In this document: one piece after another, positions 13,215-26,282 of the stretch
Position numbering within the stretch: position 1 is the stretch's first letter
Layout of the letters: every line of letters starts with the position of its first letter
Translations under genes and position numbers: made by a program
The notes under the pieces: generated by a model
What the model was told of the DNA's origin: nothing
The model's input: the letters and a program-made list of their open reading frames with translations, nothing else
Database searches by the model: none
Origin: Mobula hypostoma
Lineage: Eukaryota
Direction: 5' to 3'
Assembly (NCBI RefSeq): GCF_963921235.1
Contig: NC_086097.1
Span: 49,540,001 to 49,604,000 of the forward strand
Length of the DNA: 64,000 nt

Positions 13215-13518
13215 TTTTATGGATTTTATTTAGCGATACAGAGTGGAACAGGCCATTCTGACCCACTGAGCTGTGCCACCCAGCAACCCACCGATTCAAT
13301 CCTAGCCTAATCACAGGACAATTTACAGTGACCAGTTAACCTATTAACTGGTATGTCTGTGGACTGTGGGAGGAAACCAGAGCACTTGGAGGAAACACAT
13401 GTACAACACGGGAAGAATGCACAAACTTTCTTACAGAGGACTCTGAAGTTGAACTCCGAACTCCAACACCCCGAACTGTAATAGCACCATGCTAACCGCT
13501 ATGCCACTGTGTTGCCTA
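13215..13518 (-). mobile_element. V-SINE (HE1-like); other copies at about 25702-25920 (minus) and 11360-11468 (plus, partial)
   Basis: V-domain-like GTTTCCTCC…TGCTC…GGTTTCCTCCCACA and a tRNA-like head. Confidence 0.7.
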
Positions 13519-13762
13519 AATGAAGATATGATGGTGATTGGACTTCCAAATCCACAGTGGTAGTGAAAGTCCTGTAATTCAATTACTGCTCTAATTGTGG
13601 TTGTTGCTATCCTCCATCTGTTGTTTAATATCAGGCTGACATCATGCAGTAACAGAAATCATTCATTGCAATCTATTTACGTGCATAGTTTCTAAATGAT
13701 GTTGTGCCTCAAATATAAATAGTTCATGTATCAGTTTCTGAAATTGAATTACAATGTTTCAG

Positions 13763-13887
13763 GAAATTGGTGAACTGCTACAGTCGCAAGGCAATGAAGT
13801 GGGTGTAACGACAGGAAGGAAGAGGCGCTGTGGCTGGTTAGATCTAGTTATACTGAAATATGCTAATATGATCAATGGATTCACTGC
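13763..13887 (+). CDS. ADSS1: ADSS1 exon ([41 protein letters not shown])
   Basis: tttcag and gtaagt boundaries; 125 nt; contains the [14 protein letters not shown] aspartate-binding loop. Confidence 0.96.
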
Positions 13888-14978
13888 GTAAGTACATTGG
13901 CACAAATTCCATTTTAAATACTGCATTTTCAGTGATGAAACATTTATATTTCGCATCTCAAAACATTCCAAAGAGTTCATAGCCAAATAATTCTTTTCAC
14001 ACTTTTTTATAGTTTTGCAGACAGATTCAGCAAGGCCCCTGCACCCCTTGCCAATCCCAATAAAAAGCAAATGATTTTTAATCTGAAGCTGGAACACACA
14101 GTTCATTAGCCTATTGAAGTTTGATTTGCCAAGTCTGAGAGATCGGTAATTGGCTGACTTGATGACTTTTCAGAAAAAGGCAATGGTGTCAGCCTGAGCC
14201 ATTCAGGGTATGGCAATCCCAAATGTAATTCTTAATATCTACTGAGCCAACTGGTCTTGATAAAAGCAATGTTAGGTGTTGTATTTGCCTTCAAGTGATA
14301 TGTCAGTATTTTTATTTTTGAACTCTTTCTCTTGATCCCAGCTGGTGTGTAGATCCTGTGTGAAATGAAGCTTTGCTGTGATTTCCCCTACCTTTCCCAC
14401 TTACTTCCCCCTTTAATATCCATCAGCTTTTACTGTTGTGTTTCATGAATGAGAACATGTAAAATTACCTCTCAGCACACAGCATAAATACTCTAAAATG
14501 GATAAACATTGAGTTTTTAATATAAAATACATCAAGAGTGATGAAGTGGACTGACAAATTATGATCACCAATTTACACTATTGGGAAATGTCAAAATGTA
14601 CATCACTCTACTGCCTCAAATCTGAAACTTCTAACTTATTTTAGTTAGAAACCGAAGAAATTCCCGTACTTTCCAGAATATTTTACAGTCAAGTAAGAAA
14701 CAATAGCTTTTATCTTATATAAAATAATTTCCCCAAACAAAGGTCAGGAATCCTAACATTATAACCAACGTACCTAATAGTTGCTCAATAACTTGGAAAA
14801 TTATAAAAATATACGTGTCAAAATATCTGTGTTTCACATTAAATTATTAAATTAATGATTCCGGACACAGTGGTGCAATGGTATTAAAGGTCAGAAAAGA
14901 TCTTGCAACTTTTTATAGCTAATGAAAAGTTTAATTTCTCATTCAATTTTAACAGTGACATTATTTCTAAACCCACAG

Positions 14979-15076
14979 CTTGGCACTAATGAAGTTGGAT
15001 ATCTTGGAGACATTTGATGAGATAAAAATTGGCTTAGCTTATAAACTCAATGGGAAGAAAATCCCGTACTTTCCAG
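14979..15076 (+). CDS. ADSS1: ADSS1 exon ([33 protein letters not shown])
   Basis: cacag and gtacag boundaries; 98 nt; KLD guanine-binding motif; IPYFP is ADSS1-type. Confidence 0.94.
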
Positions 15077-15534
15077 GTACAGTATGAAACCATCTATTTT
15101 AAGGTAATAATTTATAATCTTCAGTTATTTTCAAAGGTAGCTTTCCTGCAAAGTATGAAAATTTGCTCTTCCATCAAGAAAATATGCTGAGTTTGCAATA
15201 TCCACATCTCTGACCTCTTCGTATGGAATTGTTGAGAACAAGCATGTTCAAAATAATGACTTGCTTATAAAAACAGAAATGATTATCAAAATACAAATCA
15301 CAAAAACAGTAGTATTCAGTGCATATGACCAATTTTGCTGGGTTTCTGCAGTAAAGGAAGACCTATCAAATATACACTTAAAGTTACTTTAATTATCTAC
15401 ATAACTGTTGCATCATTTGATAGAATGAATATGCTTTTCTTCATATAACCATCTTTTATAATATTCTCATGAATTTGTTTTGTTTTAGCCATCAAATCTC
15501 TGTTAAGTGGGTAGGGCATCTTTAGTACCCAACA

Positions 15535-16300
15535 AGTTCAAGTTTTAACTGTCATTCAATCATACATAAATACAAACAAACAAGCGAAACAGCATTACTC
15601 CAGGGCCAAAGTGCAAAACACAGTACCAACAGTCATAAACAGCAAAAGGTTCTTATAACACATATATGACAGCAGTAAAAAAGTCCCACATGAAAAAATA
15701 TAGTCCAAGTCCTCGAGACCATGTATGTTGCAGCAGTCTGCAGTTGAACACAATACATATTGTTTTCTGCTGAGCAACCATGGAGGGGGGGGTCAGGACC
15801 AACTCCAGCTTAGATGTTGCACCACATCGCCTCCGGCACTCCAGTGGAGCACCGACTCTGTCTCCCCCGGGCGGCTGCAAACAGGCGACACCACGGCTTG
15901 AGGCCAAGACCTCACGATGACTGAGGCCGGGCAGCTCTCCCACTGTTCGCCAATAAACCAATGAATTGTACTTGTAGCATTCTTCACCACCAATGTCAAA
16001 CAGGATCTTGCAATGACAAGAAAAGTCACTCAGATGATCACTCACTGTTAGACTGCACACCTCCTTCACACACCAATGTCTCTCTGCCACAGGCAGCTTC
16101 ACGGTCTGCACCAAGTCCACCTCCTTCAGTTTCTCTGCCAACGAGTAACTTGCTGATGGGGTAGACCCATAGTACTTGAAGTTTTTAATGTCCAGCAGGG
16201 TCTTGTAATTGTAAAAAAAAAAATGATTAAAAAGACAATAATACCTTTGGTTGACCCTGTAAAAGCCATTGCGTCTGAGTACATCAGCATCTTATGGAAG
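15535..16300 (-). repeat. About 750-bp interspersed repeat (LINE-derived, non-autonomous); second copy at about 32860-33600
   Basis: The two copies are colinear and give similar spurious ORFs (15653..16141 and 33210..33530). Confidence 0.7.
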
Positions 16301-19300
16301 TTATGTCACAAACCATGCTGAGTTCACACCAGCGTTAAATATACTTAAAGGTTTTAGCCATACTAGTTATAGCCAGTTTGTTCATGGAGTGATATAATTG
16401 CAGGCAGACTGTCACTATTTATATGCGCCTTTCAAAAAAAATTAAGATTTAATTATTTATCATGCGCACATCAAAATTAACAACCAAAACAACGTAAGGA
16501 TGTGCTGGGAGCAGCCGGCAAGTATCACCACGCATTTCATTGCCAATATAGCACACCTACAAAGTTCAGCAGAACAACACAAGCAACAATAGAACAACAG
16601 CAAAGCTTGCATTTTCTTCCTTCCCACCCGCCTCCTTGCACACACAGGCAGTCTTCCAGCCCCAGGACAAGCTGCCTCTAGACCTCCAGCCTCTAGTGGA
16701 GTCATGGATTCACAGACATCGGGTCTCCGACTTCCATTGGACTCACAGACTTGCTGACCCAGGGTTTTGGCCATTCAGGCCTTGACTTCCAGGCTATCAA
16801 TCAACATTCGCTCTTTGGTATCCACCTCAAGACTTGCTGATGACAGGACCCCAACTCCAGGACTCCACTCTGGGCTCAACAGTTTTAGGATCCTTAGTTC
16901 CAGGCCTTGAATGCCAGTCCAGCCAATTTGCATACATAGTGGGTCACTGACCCCCGTACCTCTGGCCTGCACAGATCTCTGACTGAGACCTGACAACCTG
17001 AGGAGATTCATTAACCTAGGGGAGGCCACTGTTTCTTGTCCTTGTTTGTCTTCATCCTCAGCACTTGTTACGGATGTCCTTCATTACACGTCCACATTGT
17101 TGGCCTTTGCAGAGCAAAGGCCTAGATACCAGCCTGGCTTTTAACTCCAACACATCCCTGTTCCTAAACCACAACTTGACAACCACTGTAAGTCTGAGCC
17201 ACTGCCTTGACGAAAAACACAGCTCACAGCCACCTTGACCAATATTTTACTCATGCTTCAAACTAAAAAGTAAGATAACCTAACAGTCTGATATCAGAAC
17301 TCCATAATTTGTAAGCAATAGATATTTTTTTCAGAGGAGGGTTTTAGAAGGAAACTGATTCCAATTGAAGGATGAACATTGTCAAGGACAGCAGTACACT
17401 GTACACTGGTGCTATGTAGAGACGGTGGAATAAATTAATTCCCTTGCATTGTGTCCACAATCCGGCAAGAAATATTGAAAAGAATTATAATGATTTGACC
17501 AGAATGCCAAGATAAAGCTCTTTATTTACATCCCTCAGTCTTTGCTCTGCCCCGTGACCCCATCATTCTTAATTAAGCACAGAATCATTTTTCATTCTGC
17601 TGTTTAAACAAACTCTGCCCACTGTTCTCTCAGTTACAGTCCTCAGCACTTCACATCGCTGCCAACTTTTGCATATTAACTAAACTGTTTTTCTCTGACA
17701 CAGTTTCCCTACCCAACAGAAGACTACATATGAGCACAACCCTTGAATCAGGATAAGCATACACTGCAATATCTAGCAGATGTGCACGAAACAGCCATGA
17801 TAAATTCAAGTATTGTTCATGTTGCTTAAGCCTTGATTGATGCAGAGGCCAGAAAGCTGGCAGTACTTCCTCATATTGATCTGCGTTCCTGTCACGCTCA
17901 GCAGAGTACTGACCGCTGGTCTGAGGTGTCATATACCTGTTTCTGGCTGTTTCCAGCTGAACTGTCTCTCTTTATTTTTCAGGGTTCAATGACAAGGCCT
18001 CAACATGGTGCTTCTCACAATGATTCACTGTCACTCTGTTATTTTCAAATCCTTCAATTCTCTATTCAGTGATTTACCCAACACACGTGTACAGGGCGGG
18101 AGCTTATAAGACAAAAAAGCCGTTTGTTAGTCAGGTAGCAAACACTATAGATAAAAGACATTTGGAGCCAGATTAATGGCTATAACTACCAATTATCCAA
18201 TGCCTACATGGTAACGTAAAAACACACCTTGTGTGAAGGAGTTTATTTTCAAATTTTCAGAAGTTATTGCACAAGCTATTAAATCAATGGAATCAGAGGT
18301 GAAGCACATGGTCACTTGTATCTACAACATAGGAATGACCCTCAGTTATAAATACTGCAGTGTTCACCCTGACAAGTTTGATGGATGTTACAACAGATGA
18401 GTTTAAGGCTCTGGTTACCAGCAGTTCCAGACCAAGTATGAATAAAAGCATGGATGGCGTGCCAAACCTTGTGTGTGGTAGCTGGAATGCTGAGACATAA
18501 TCCCAAGTGAGAGGCAATAGCATCACCGGAGAGGTGCATGCTGTTCTCTGTCAGGGTGTCGGCTCACGTGCGCCCCACCAGCTGATCACCCAGTGCGGAT
18601 GTTGGTGTGGAAAAGACACCTGGCCAGGCTGGCACTTGCCAAAGCGTTACAGTCTGCAGTTACACTCTCCTTTGCTGTAACCTTGTGGTTGCCCACAGCC
18701 ATCAGTGTTCAGCAACTATCCATGTGCCCCAGCTATTTAAATTGTGTCTCCAATGTGCACGGAGTTAGATACAAAAACACCCAAATCAAAATGGATGTCA
18801 GACTTCCTATATTACAGAGTACCACGCTTGTGCTCTTTTCCTCAAAGCTGCCTGGCCTGCTGAGTTCCTCCAGCATTTTGTGTGTGCTGCTCGGATTTCC
18901 AGCATCTGCAGATTGTCTCTTGTTCATGTTTGGACAATTCAAAAGTGCGTTATTTTGCTGTGAAGCACTTTAGAATGTCTTGAATATGTGAAAGGAATAT
19001 AAATACAGTACTTGATCTTTTACTACCATTCACCCTTCAACAAACATTTCCTCCCTTCTGTTCTCCTGCCTGTGCTTGTTTAACATTAGTTGTATCTCTA
19101 ACTATTACCAATTCAACTGAAGATCACGAATCAAAAATGTCAGCTATTCCTCCTTTTACAAAAGTTGCTTGAGCAGCATAGAACATTTCTGCTGATTTGT
19201 CATTTCATTTCAAATCTGCATGGTCCATGATATTTCCTATTTATTTGAGCTTAAGCTGCATGCTTTAAAATCACTATATGGCACATCCTTTCATTTCTCC

Positions 19301-20839
19301 TCTATTTAATAAAGTAAACATTTGGAATCCTAAACCAGTCAGGAGATAATTTTCAGTGGTGCATTTTATGTGCTTAAGATGGGGTGTGGAATCTGTCCAG
19401 TCATCATTTAATAGAACTCTTACAAGGAAAAGTCACCTAGTAGTTTGCTAAAGAGCCAGTTGATACTTTGTCTATTTGCTCTACTTAAAAAGTCTGCATC
19501 GCATTTTGATAAATAACATTTGTCCTTATTCATTCTTGGACATTACCAGGACAAGCATCGATTCTTCAGAGAGATTGTCTATTTCCTTTCCTCAGTCCCT
19601 GAGCCATCAAGAAATCTATCACCGAATATCAGCTAGAAACAACTACATGGAACCCATGTGAACTGCTCCATAATTTTTATGTCTAATCAGTATGTTTACT
19701 AATTGCTTGGGGGAGTCACTGTTTTAGCAGATCCAAGTAAGATGAAACCAATTAGCTACAATTTTGAGCCTGTTTTCATCCTTCAAAGTAACCACTTTAT
19801 AATTGTACTAACCAACTCCTGTCATTCAGTAATTCTGACCAGGAAGTAAATAGTCTTTTCCAGTATTTAAGATATAATTTCCTACAAAGTCATTGCTAGT
19901 CAATGGTACAAATATGTTCTGTCTCCAAATTCAACATTCAATTGAAGACAAAAGGAATTTCAGATATGGAGTACAATATCTGATGCCATTAGCACATCTA
20001 CTGTTACTATCAAGGGGAGGATTTCTAGGAAAACTTTGTTTCAATTTTTCTACCTTGTACTCCAATAGAATTTTGAACCTGTTTTTCATCCTTCAACCTA
20101 AGTATCACCTTTTTAATTAACACCTGCACATTCTCTTCCTCTATCATCACCATTCAGGGCCCCAAATAGTTGTTCCAGGTAAGGCAGTGCTTCACCTGCA
20201 AGTCTGTTGGGGTCAACTACAGTATCCAGTGCTACTGGTGCAGCCTGTTCTACATCGGTGAGACCTGACAAAAGGTCCGCTTTGTTGGGCACTTTTGCTC
20301 TGTCTGCTACAAGCAGAATTTCATAGTGGCCAACCATTTTAATACCACTGCCAATTTCCATTCCAACATGTCGGTGCATGATCTCCACTGCTGCCATGAT
20401 GAGGCCATTCTCAGGTTGGAGGAGCAGCAGCTCATATTCTGAGAAAGCCTGGATCCTCGTTTAGTTATATTATGTGTTAATAAATAATGTTAATAGAAGT
20501 GAACTTGGTAGCAACATATGGGGGAGGTGAGAACAAATATTGTAGGTTTAGAAAGTGTTTAAGAACAAAACTAAAAGAAACACACAAAATGCTGGAAGAA
20601 CTCACGAGGTCAGGCTGCACCCATGGAAAGATTGGGGAGGACAAGATCTTTACAAATAAAGAGTTGACATTTTGGATCAGTGCAAAAGGTGACGTCATAG
20701 TTAGCCTTTGCTTTTGTTTTCATTCTTTTGCTCTTTTACAACTGAAATTCTTGATTTTAACACTTGAACTTATATTAATTTTTATGTCTTGTACTGTATT
20801 GCTGCTACAAAACAAAAACAATTCATGGCATATCTGGTT

Positions 20840-21478
20840 AACTTGCGGGTAGAGACGGTGGTGAGGAAGGCAAATGCAATGTTAGCACTCATTTCAAGAG
20901 GTCTGAAATATAAGAGCAGGGATGTGATGCTGAGGCTTTATAACACACACTGTTGAGGCCTCACCTTGAGTATCGTGAACAATTTTGGGCTCCTCATGTA
21001 AGAAAAGATGTGCTGACATAGGATGATTCTGGGAATGAAAGGGTTATCATACGAAGAACGCTTGATGGCTCTGGGTCTGTACTCACTGAAATTTAGAAGG
21101 ATGGGGGGGGGAATCTCATTGCAACCTTTTGAATGTTGAAAGGTCTAGACAGAGTAGATGTGGAAGGATGTTTTCCGTGGTGGGGGAGTCTAGGTCAAGT
21201 GGGCACAACCTCAGGATAAAGGGGTGTCCATTTAAAACAGGGCTGCGGAGAAATTTCCTTAGCCAGAGGGTGGTAAATTTGTGGAATTTGTTACCACAGG
21301 CAGCTGTGGAGGCCAGGTCGTTGGGTGTATTTAAGGCAGAGCTTGATAGGCTCTGATTGGACATGGCAATAAAGGTTATGGGGAGTGGGGCTGAGGAGGT
21401 GAAGAAAGGAACAGCCATGATTGAATAGCAGAGCAGACTCGATGGGTCAAATTGCCTAATTCAGCTCCTATGTCTTAT
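20840..21478 (+). mobile_element. CR1-like LINE 3' fragment; similar pieces at about 8570-8840, 10045-10410, 30925-31260, 32165-32760, 42550-42770 and 46410-46830
   Basis: GHNLRIKG…RNFLSQRVVNLWN C-terminal signature shared with the full-length element. Confidence 0.8.
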
Positions 21479-21479
21479 T

Positions 21480-22465
21480 CTATCTGTGTAGCGCCCAACC
21501 TGACACATTAACATCGATTTCTTTAACTTCTGGTAATTCCTCCCACCTCTCCTCCTCTCTTTTTCCATTTCCCATTCTGGCTTCCCTCTTAACCCTTCTC
21601 TTCACCTGCATGTCACCTCCCTCTGGTGCCCCTCCTCCTTCCCTTTCACCCATGATGTGCTCTACTCTCCTATCAGATTCTTTCTTCTTCAGCACTTGAC
21701 CTTTTCCACCTTTCATATCCCAGTTTCTCATTTCACCCCCCTTCACCTGATTTCACTTATCACCTTCAAACTTTCTCCACCAGAAAAAGTGGGATCACCC
21801 ATTTCAATTCTACTTCCCATTCCTATTCCAACATGTTAGACCATGGCCTCCTGTACTGCAGTGGTGATGCCCACTTAGGTTGGTGGAGCAACACCTTATA
21901 TTCAGTCTGGGTAGCCTCCAACCTGAAGGCATGAACATCAATTTCTTGAACTTCTGCCCCCCCCCACCCCTTCACCATTCCTTATCCCCATTTCCCTATC
22001 TCACCTTATCTCCTTTCCTGTCCACCGTCTCCCTCTAGTGCTGCTCCCCCTTCCTTTCTTCCATGGATTTCTGCCCTATCAGATTCCCCCTTCTCCAGCT
22101 CTTCATCTCTTTCACTAATCAACTTACTAGTTCTTTACTTCACCCCTCCCCATCTTCCAGTTTCACCAATCATCTCTCCTCCCCCATCTTCTTATCTAAT
22201 CTCTTCTTTCCAGTCCTGATGAAGGGTCTCGGCCCAAAACATCACCCATTTACTCTTTTCCATAGATGCTGCCTGGCCTGCTCAGTACCTCCAGTATTTT
22301 ATGTGTATTGTCTTCTAGCTCATACTCCTTCCCCTCCCCCACCTTCATATTCTGGCATTTCCCCCTTCCTTTCTAGTCCTGATGAAAGGTCTCAGGCCGA
22401 AATGTCGGCTCTTTATTCTTCTCCATAATTGCTGCCTGTCCTGCTGAGTTGCTCCAGCATTTTCA
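21480..22465 (+). mobile_element. Tandem Penelope-like 3' fragments
   Basis: EQHLIFSLGSLQPEGMNI remnant and two terminal repeats. Confidence 0.7.
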
Positions 22466-22559
22466 ATGTGCTACTCTTTTCTAATTGCCCTAGTTTGCTT
22501 CTGTCATTCAGAAGATATTGTAATGTTTTTCATTTATTATTGTGATTTATCTATTTCAG

Positions 22560-22709
22560 CAAACCAGGAAATTCTGAATCAAGTAGAGGTTGAGTATGAA
22601 ACACTTCCTGGCTGGAAGAGCAGCATTACCAATGCTCGGACATGGGATGATCTTCCTCCAAAGGCTCAAAATTACATCAGATTCATTGAAAATCATGTGG
22701 CTGTTCCAA
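22560..22709 (+). CDS. ADSS1: ADSS1 penultimate exon ([21 protein letters not shown]...[13 protein letters not shown])
   Basis: tttcag and gtgagt boundaries; 150 nt; lies inside ORF-track entry 22466..22825. Confidence 0.95.
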
Positions 22710-24380
22710 GTGAGTTTTCTAAGGAAGTGCTCCAGAAAATGTTATTAAGACTACCTGACAATCAAATGTCAGATTCATATTTAAAAAAGAAAGGGAAGCA
22801 TTGTTGGACCTGGTTCTGGGAATGACAAGAACCAAATAAATCTGCTATTAATGGGAGAAATGATGAATGAATCCTAGTGTTCGATTATTAATGGAGAAAG
22901 CAAATAGAAATGTAAAGTAGAACTTCTTAACAGGCAGAATGCTAAATTCAATAGGCTGGGAAAGAATCTGGCCAGGATACAAACTGGTAGGTTAAACTAT
23001 AATGTGACCTTTAAAGCACAGATGTGTCAGGTAAAGGCCTGTGTATTCCTTCAAGGGAATTGGGGATGGAGATAAGGGAGCCAAAGTTAGAATGATAAAG
23101 ACAGATAAATAAATGATTGAACAATTAAAAGAAATGTATAATAAACTTGTCAACTGAAAGAAAAACAAATGACAGCCAGACTGAATCTAGTAAACTGACA
23201 GCAGGGTGAAAAGGAAAATAAGATAGAGATTAAAAGGAAATCCCAAGTGGGCAGTACAAAGAGGAATGGGGAAAATTGTAAATAAAGATGATCTTTGTAT
23301 TGAGGCAGAAGGCATTGATGAAAAGCTAAATGAGAATTTGTTTCAGTCTTTACCAAGGAAGAGCATGCTGCCAGAATTCCAGTAGAAAGGCATTTAATAA
23401 AGATGAGGTAAAAGTTGAGGACGAGATTCTAAAGAGGTGGCACACATTTGTTGCTGGTTATATTTGATTAACCTAAATAATTATTTTAGTGAAGTAGCAG
23501 AAAAGTTTGGTGAAGGTAGTGCAGTAGACGTTGATTTTAGGGATTTTAAGTAATAAAAGTCCAACACAAAAGACTATTAGGTAAAACAAAGTGGTTTGAT
23601 AGTTCCAAGAGCATGGCTAGGGAAGTGGCTTAAGGTAAAACTGATGAACAACACACACAAATTGATGGGAAACTCAGCAGGTCAGGCAGCATCTACGGAG
23701 GGAAATAAACAGTCGATGTTTCATGCCAAGGACTTGAAGGTTTTGGCGTGAAACATTGACTGTTTATTTCCCTCTGTGCATGCTGACCTCCTCCAGCATT
23801 GTGTGTGTTGCTCAAGATTTCCAGCATCTGTAGAATCTCTTGTGTCTCTGAAAAATGGTGAATGGGTATTTATGGACAGGAGTAGACAGTCATGTTTCCC
23901 AGAGTCAAGTGTGGGTTTCTTTTATTTTAGTACATTAATAACTTAAGTATTCACTTGTAGAATAACATTTCCAAATTGTGGAAGATAAAAAGATTTGAAG
24001 AGAGATAAATGGTGGGGAAATATTAATTGACTGTATGAGGACAGGTTATCAGAATAGACAGACAAATGGCAGGTTAAATTTAATACACCGAAGTAGAAAT
24101 ACTTGCAAAGAGAAGAGCAAGCAGAGACAATCTGGTGAGAAAGATGTGCAGTAATTATATAAACTTAATAAAAGGCTATGGGAAAGAATGGGGGAATGTG
24201 TTTAATAGCAGGGAGCCAGAACAGACTTGAATCATCAAAGGTTAAGAATTATGTGACACTTAAGTATCCGATTTTCACAACGTCATTATAAATATTTACC
24301 AAAAGTTATTTAATTGTGATAAAGTTGCAGTCCTTTTTTTTGTTCTATACCACCTGAATTTTCTCTGTGCTTTCTTTCAG

Positions 24381-24433
24381 TTAAATGGATTGGTGTTGGA
24401 AAATCAAGGGAGTCTATGATTCAACTTTTCTAA
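24381..24433 (+). CDS. ADSS1: ADSS1 last coding exon (IKWIGVGKSRESMIQLF*)
   Basis: Polypyrimidine tract ending tttcag; the C-terminus KWIGVGKSRESMIQLF is typical of vertebrate ADSS; TAA at 24431-24433. Confidence 0.96.
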
Positions 24434-25429
24434 GTACATAACTGGACACCATTGGATAATTTGAACAACTATTGTATTTAAAGGAATGTAACTGATTGCT
24501 TTATTGTTACAATAATCCTGATACTGTGTAAAATATAATTATTTCACAATTTCAATTGTGTATATATAACCAATAATGAGTCTTTATAATTGCAGAAAGA
24601 AAATACCTAAAATACTATTCTTACTGTTTATGTTCATTTTAAAACAAAGTATGGCATTGAATGCAATTTCCTTTAAAAGTTGAATGAAAGACATGTAACA
24701 CTCATGATTGGAGCAATATCATTAAAACCAGTGCACAATTTATGTTCTGATGAAGGGTCTTGGCCCGAAATGTCGACTGTACTCTTTTTCCATAGACGCT
24801 GCCTAGCCTGCTGAGTTCCTCCAGCAGTTTGTGTGTGTTACTTGGATTTCCAGCATCTGCAGATTTTCTCTTGTTCACAATTTATGTTTTTAATAGTTTA
24901 TTCTTAAATCATACATTTGTATCTACCTTTTAAAATAGTGAACTAATATGGGATAAAAACGCATGATTTGCAGTGTTGGATTTGTGTACTGTTAGTGCTG
25001 CTTGCAATGACTTGCACAGAAAATCATCATGATACCAGTCTTGTGGGATGAAAATTCTACACAGATCATTACTTTTTTTTAAAAGTGAACCTATAGAATG
25101 ACATTTTTGTAGTTTACCATAATGAAAAGAAAATGTTTAATATAAATAATAATAGCTTCATAATTATTTGCAATAGGTAATCATTCACATGAAAATGTAA
25201 AATATTTAACTGATGAAAAATTAGTCTATGGGTGTTAAGTTGAACTTTTTATTAGACACAAATTAGTCAGAAACATTGATACTCGTCTTTTTGCGGAAGC
25301 TGTTGATCTTTCTGAAGTACAGAGATGGTGCTGTTATTTCCAAGTGCCCTGTAAGATATGTTAAGCAAAGGCAGAAATGTATGACTTGAGATTATGTAAC
25401 ACCTCAGTGAATCAAGTTTCACTTGTCTG

Positions 25430-25613
25430 CTAGTTCTTACTTACGTCTGGGTTAATGTTGTATGATGAATCATATTCTGTCTTCCAGCGATAAGTATCGG
25501 GTTCCCCATATACATCTTTAGGAATTCTTTTAGGTGTCTCACTTGATAGTTGCAAATTACTGTAAGGGCTAACTTTACAATTTAATTCTTCAATTTTTCT
25601 TGCATAATCTTCA
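25430..25613 (-). CDS. Unknown gene, last exon with repeat copy 2 (…RIPKDVYGEPDTYRWKTEYDSSYNINPDVSKN*)
   Basis: ttatag acceptor; phase 2; TAG at 25432-25430; minus-strand AATAAA near 25253-25248. Confidence 0.75.
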
Positions 25614-26235
25614 CTATAATGTTTATTAAACAAACAGTAATTAATGAACAAATTTTGTCCTAATAATTTAAGTATTAGTACATTTCTGAATAACTTGTTC
25701 ATTTATTTAACGATAATCACAGGGCAATTTACAATGACCAATTAACCTACCTGGTACAGCTTTGGACTGTGGGAGGAAACCTGAGTACCCAAGGAAAACC
25801 CATGTATTCCACGGGGAGGACGTACAGAGACTCCTAACAGTGCCAGAATTGTACCCCGAACTCCAGAAGACCCCCAGCTGTAATCGTGTCTCACTAACCA
25901 CTATGCCACCATGCAGCCCATTATATTTTCCAATTGTTTTTAAGGCTTCAGGATTCAATTATTGCAAACCTAAACATAATTATCAGGCTTTGAATAGAAG
26001 GTATGTTCAAAATCAAAATATGATTTTGAATCTGCTGCAAATGACAACTATGATGTTGTATTTGTTAAATCTCATCTGCTGATATCAGTGGTAACACTGG
26101 CAGATATTCACCAGAGATGTATACGTTAATCTTCTCAATTAGTGCTGACATTTCTTCATCAGAAATATAAAGAACCTATTCCAGAATAATGAAAATTTTC
26201 CAGATGAAATATGCAACTGAACCAAAATCTCTTAC

Positions 26236-26282
26236 TTGGACATGGAAGAACATGTGGCAAGGTTTGAAAGAAATGGAGTACT
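26236..26282 (-). CDS. Unknown gene, exon E (STPFLSNLATCSSMS)
   Basis: ttgtag and gtaaga boundaries; 47 nt; phase 0-2, exactly bridging exon D to the last exon. Confidence 0.6.

Noticed and set aside
5380..24433. Assignment to ADSS2
   Set aside because: ERIRP, YFMYE and IPYFP, plus adjacency to SIVA1, fit ADSS1 better.
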